Positions 25,813-27,760 of a DNA stretch of 27,760 nt are shown here, piece after piece. The notes beneath the pieces were generated by a model, which did not search any database, had not been told where the DNA came from, and saw only the letters and a list, made by a program, of their open reading frames with translations. Location: NCBI GenBank assembly GCA_037443265.1, contig JBBIOR010000024.1, forward strand, positions 1 to 27,760, read 5' to 3'. The first letter of the stretch is position 1; the number at the start of each line of letters is the position of its first letter. The DNA comes from Candidatus Fraserbacteria bacterium (GTDB lineage: Bacteria; Bipolaricaulota; Bipolaricaulia; RBG-16-55-9). Both the position numbers and the translations under genes were made by a program.

Positions 25813-27438
25813 TCAGCCCAGATATGGCCGGCGCCAGTCGCGCGCGGGCACGAGCGTCTCTTTGATGGCCCGGGGGCTCATCCAGCGAATGATATTGAGC
25901 CAGAAGCCGGCCTTGTCATTAGTGCCCGATCTTCGCGCGCCTCCGAAGGGCTGCCTTCCTACGATGGCGCCCGTCGGCTTGTCATTAATATAAAAGTTGC
26001 CCGCGGCAAAGCGCAGAATCCTTTCGGCTGTGGCAATAGCCACTCGATCCCGTGCGAAGATCGAGCCTGTAAGCCCATAGGGAGTCGTCTCATCGCAGAG
26101 CCGAAGCGTCTGCTCGTATTGCTCATCGGGGTAGACATAGACTGTGAGCACCGGCCCGAAGATCTCTTCGCTCATGAGCTTGCCCCTGGGTTCTTTCGTG
26201 AGCACCACGGTGGGCATCACAAACCAACCCTTCGAGTCGTCGTACTCACCTCCGTAGAGAATCGAGTATTCCTTGGGGTGCTGCTTAGCGTATTCAATAT
26301 ATGAGACGATCTTCTGAAAGGCTTCTTCAGAGATGATGGCTCCCATGAAGACGTTTAAATCTTCCACCGGGCCGACTTTCAGTTGAGATAGCTCCCGTTG
26401 CAAGCCCGACTTGATGGGCTCCCACAAGCTCTTGGGCACGTAGAGGCGCGAGGCCGCTGAGCATTTTTGGCCTTGATACTCGAACGCCCCACGAATGGCA
26501 TTCGCCACGACGGCCTCGACGTCGGCAGACGAGTGCACAAATATGAAATCTTTACCGCCGGTCTCACCCACGATCCGCGGGAAGTTTTTATATTGCGGGA
26601 GATTTTCGCTGATCCGCTGCCAGAGCTGCACGAGCGTCTCATAGCTGCCCGTAAAGTGCAGGCCGGCGAAGTCGGGATGGGAGAGCACGACATCGGTGTA
26701 TTTGCTTAAGAAGGGCACGAAATTGATCACGCCGTCGGGGAGGCCCGCCTCTAGCAAGACTTGCATGATGCGATAGTTCGCTAAGAGCACGGAACGCGCG
26801 GGCTTCCAGAGGGCCACGTTGCCCACCAGAGCCGGAGCCGTCGGGAGATTCCCTCCAATAGAGTAGAAATTGAAGGGTGGGATCGCTAATACAAAGCCCT
26901 CCAGCGGTCGCCAGTCGAAGCGATTGATCTCCCCCGCTGCCTGATCGGGTTGCTGATCGTAGAGAAATTGCATGTAGTAGGCATTGAATCTCCAGAAATC
27001 GACCAGTTCGATGAGATCGATCTCGGCCTCAAAGGGCGTCTTCGATTGATTGGCCATAATCGCTGCGATGTTCTCGATCCTTCGAGGTCCGGCTAGGAGC
27101 TCTGCGGCGCGGTGGAAGACGGCCGCTCGCTGATAGCCATCCAGAGAAGCCCAAGCCTCTTGGGCGTCCAAAGCGGCATCGATGGCCTGCGTGAGCTCTG
27201 CTTCGCCGGCCAGGTGGGCTCGGACGAGAACTCTTCGATGATCATGGGGGCAGCGGACTTCAAAGATCTCGCTTGTCCGGACAGGCTTCCCATTGATGAT
27301 CAGAGGGATCTCCTCTGTCTTCGCCTGGAGAGTTTTGAGTTCGTGGATCAGTCGCTCGCGTTCCGGCGTCCCTGGAGCATACGTGGGAATCCGATCCATG
27401 GCGTTCTTTGGTTTCTCGAGCTTCCAGTTGGTCTGCAT
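25813..27438 (-). CDS. pruA: L-glutamate gamma-semialdehyde (delta-1-pyrroline-5-carboxylate) dehydrogenase
   Basis: RPLEGFV, PFNF, FTGS, GETGGKDF, FEYQGQKCSA, EEIFGP, INDKPTGA, QPFGGARRSGTNDKAG; ATG 27438 with AGGTGA RBS. Confidence 0.93.
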   Translation of the reverse strand: MQTNWKLEKPKNAMDRIPTYAPGTPERERLIHELKTLQAKTEEIPLIINGKPVRTSEIFEVRCPHDHRRVLVRAHLAGEAELTQAIDAALDAQEAWASLDGYQRAAVFHRAAELLAGPRRIENIAAIMANQSKTPFEAEIDLIELVDFWRFNAYYMQFLYDQQPDQAAGEINRFDWRPLEGFVLAIPPFNFYSIGGNLPTAPALVGNVALWKPARSVLLANYRIMQVLLEAGLPDGVINFVPFLSKYTDVVLSHPDFAGLHFTGSYETLVQLWQRISENLPQYKNFPRIVGETGGKDFIFVHSSADVEAVVANAIRGAFEYQGQKCSAASRLYVPKSLWEPIKSGLQRELSQLKVGPVEDLNVFMGAIISEEAFQKIVSYIEYAKQHPKEYSILYGGEYDDSKGWFVMPTVVLTKEPRGKLMSEEIFGPVLTVYVYPDEQYEQTLRLCDETTPYGLTGSIFARDRVAIATAERILRFAAGNFYINDKPTGAIVGRQPFGGARRSGTNDKAGFWLNIIRWMSPRAIKETLVPARDWRRPYLG

Positions 27439-27626
27439 GAGCGCGTCACCTAGCTCCAACGTAGCAGATCGTCTCCTCCAAGGCAAGGAGCTGGGACGCC
27501 AAGTTTCGGGTTCTGAACTGTGGTTTGGATCCGTGTCCGACTATGAGATAGAGGCCTACACCTCCGCCGCTGCCTTAAAGGCGCGCTCTTTGGCGGTGTG
27601 CAGCACGGCCTCTTCTCCGAGGACTT

Positions 27627-27760
27627 TTATTTTTGAGTCGGCCCTTTGATTGCGCTCCTGCCGGCTGCGAGTTCTTCCAAGATTTGCAGCAACTGTGCGG
27701 CTCCGCGGCAGAGACGTTTCTCACTCGACTGCACGTACTCTACTTGACTTGGCCGCGCCA
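27627..27760 (-). other. Possible 3' end of a small gene or pseudogene entering from the right edge
   Basis: Open frame ..QVEYVQSSEKRLCRGAAQLLQILEELAAGRSAIKGPTQK*; truncated by the window. Confidence 0.3.

Noticed and set aside
1..27760. CRISPR array, tRNA/rRNA, transposase, prophage or defence genes
   Set aside because: No repeat-spacer pattern, RNA gene signature or such protein motifs seen; intergenic gaps are short.
1..27760. Firm taxonomic assignment
   Set aside because: Gene mix and style suggest a deep-branching, possibly thermophilic lineage such as Bipolaricaulota, but there is no marker gene here to support it.

Overview
Gene-dense, GC-rich (roughly 60% by eye) bacterial chromosomal segment with about 32 CDS. 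No rRNA, tRNA, CRISPR or recognisable mobile element. Left to right: an orphan secreted hydrophobic protein; HU; a nicotinamidase/isochorismatase-like hydrolase and a PIG-L deacetylase; a complete A1-type heme-copper oxidase operon (subunits II, I, two III-like, a subunit IV-cytochrome c fusion, ctaA, ctaB); a CBS-ACT (AcuB-like) protein; tdh; a DtxR/MntR-led operon (two-domain multicopper oxidase, ZIP transporter, cupredoxin) with a visible promoter and operator; a DsbA/DsbB pair; rhodanese plus an IscU/SufU-like protein; an 8-gene corrinoid uptake/salvage-like operon ending in coaD; a bicupin and DUF1059; and P5C dehydrogenase. Best candidates for novelty: (1) the B12-type operon has no room for a cobalamin riboswitch and is headed by an archaeal-type DUF4443/PH0730-like winged-helix gene with a perfect 8-3-8 palindrome just downstream of its promoter; (2) the Mn-type repressor-controlled oxidase/ZIP/cupredoxin module; (3) the cytochrome c domain sits on oxidase subunit IV instead of subunit II; (4) FNR/CRP-like boxes at class II activator positions before the cox operon and the acuB-like gene. 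All family calls come from motif recognition by eye; no searches were run.
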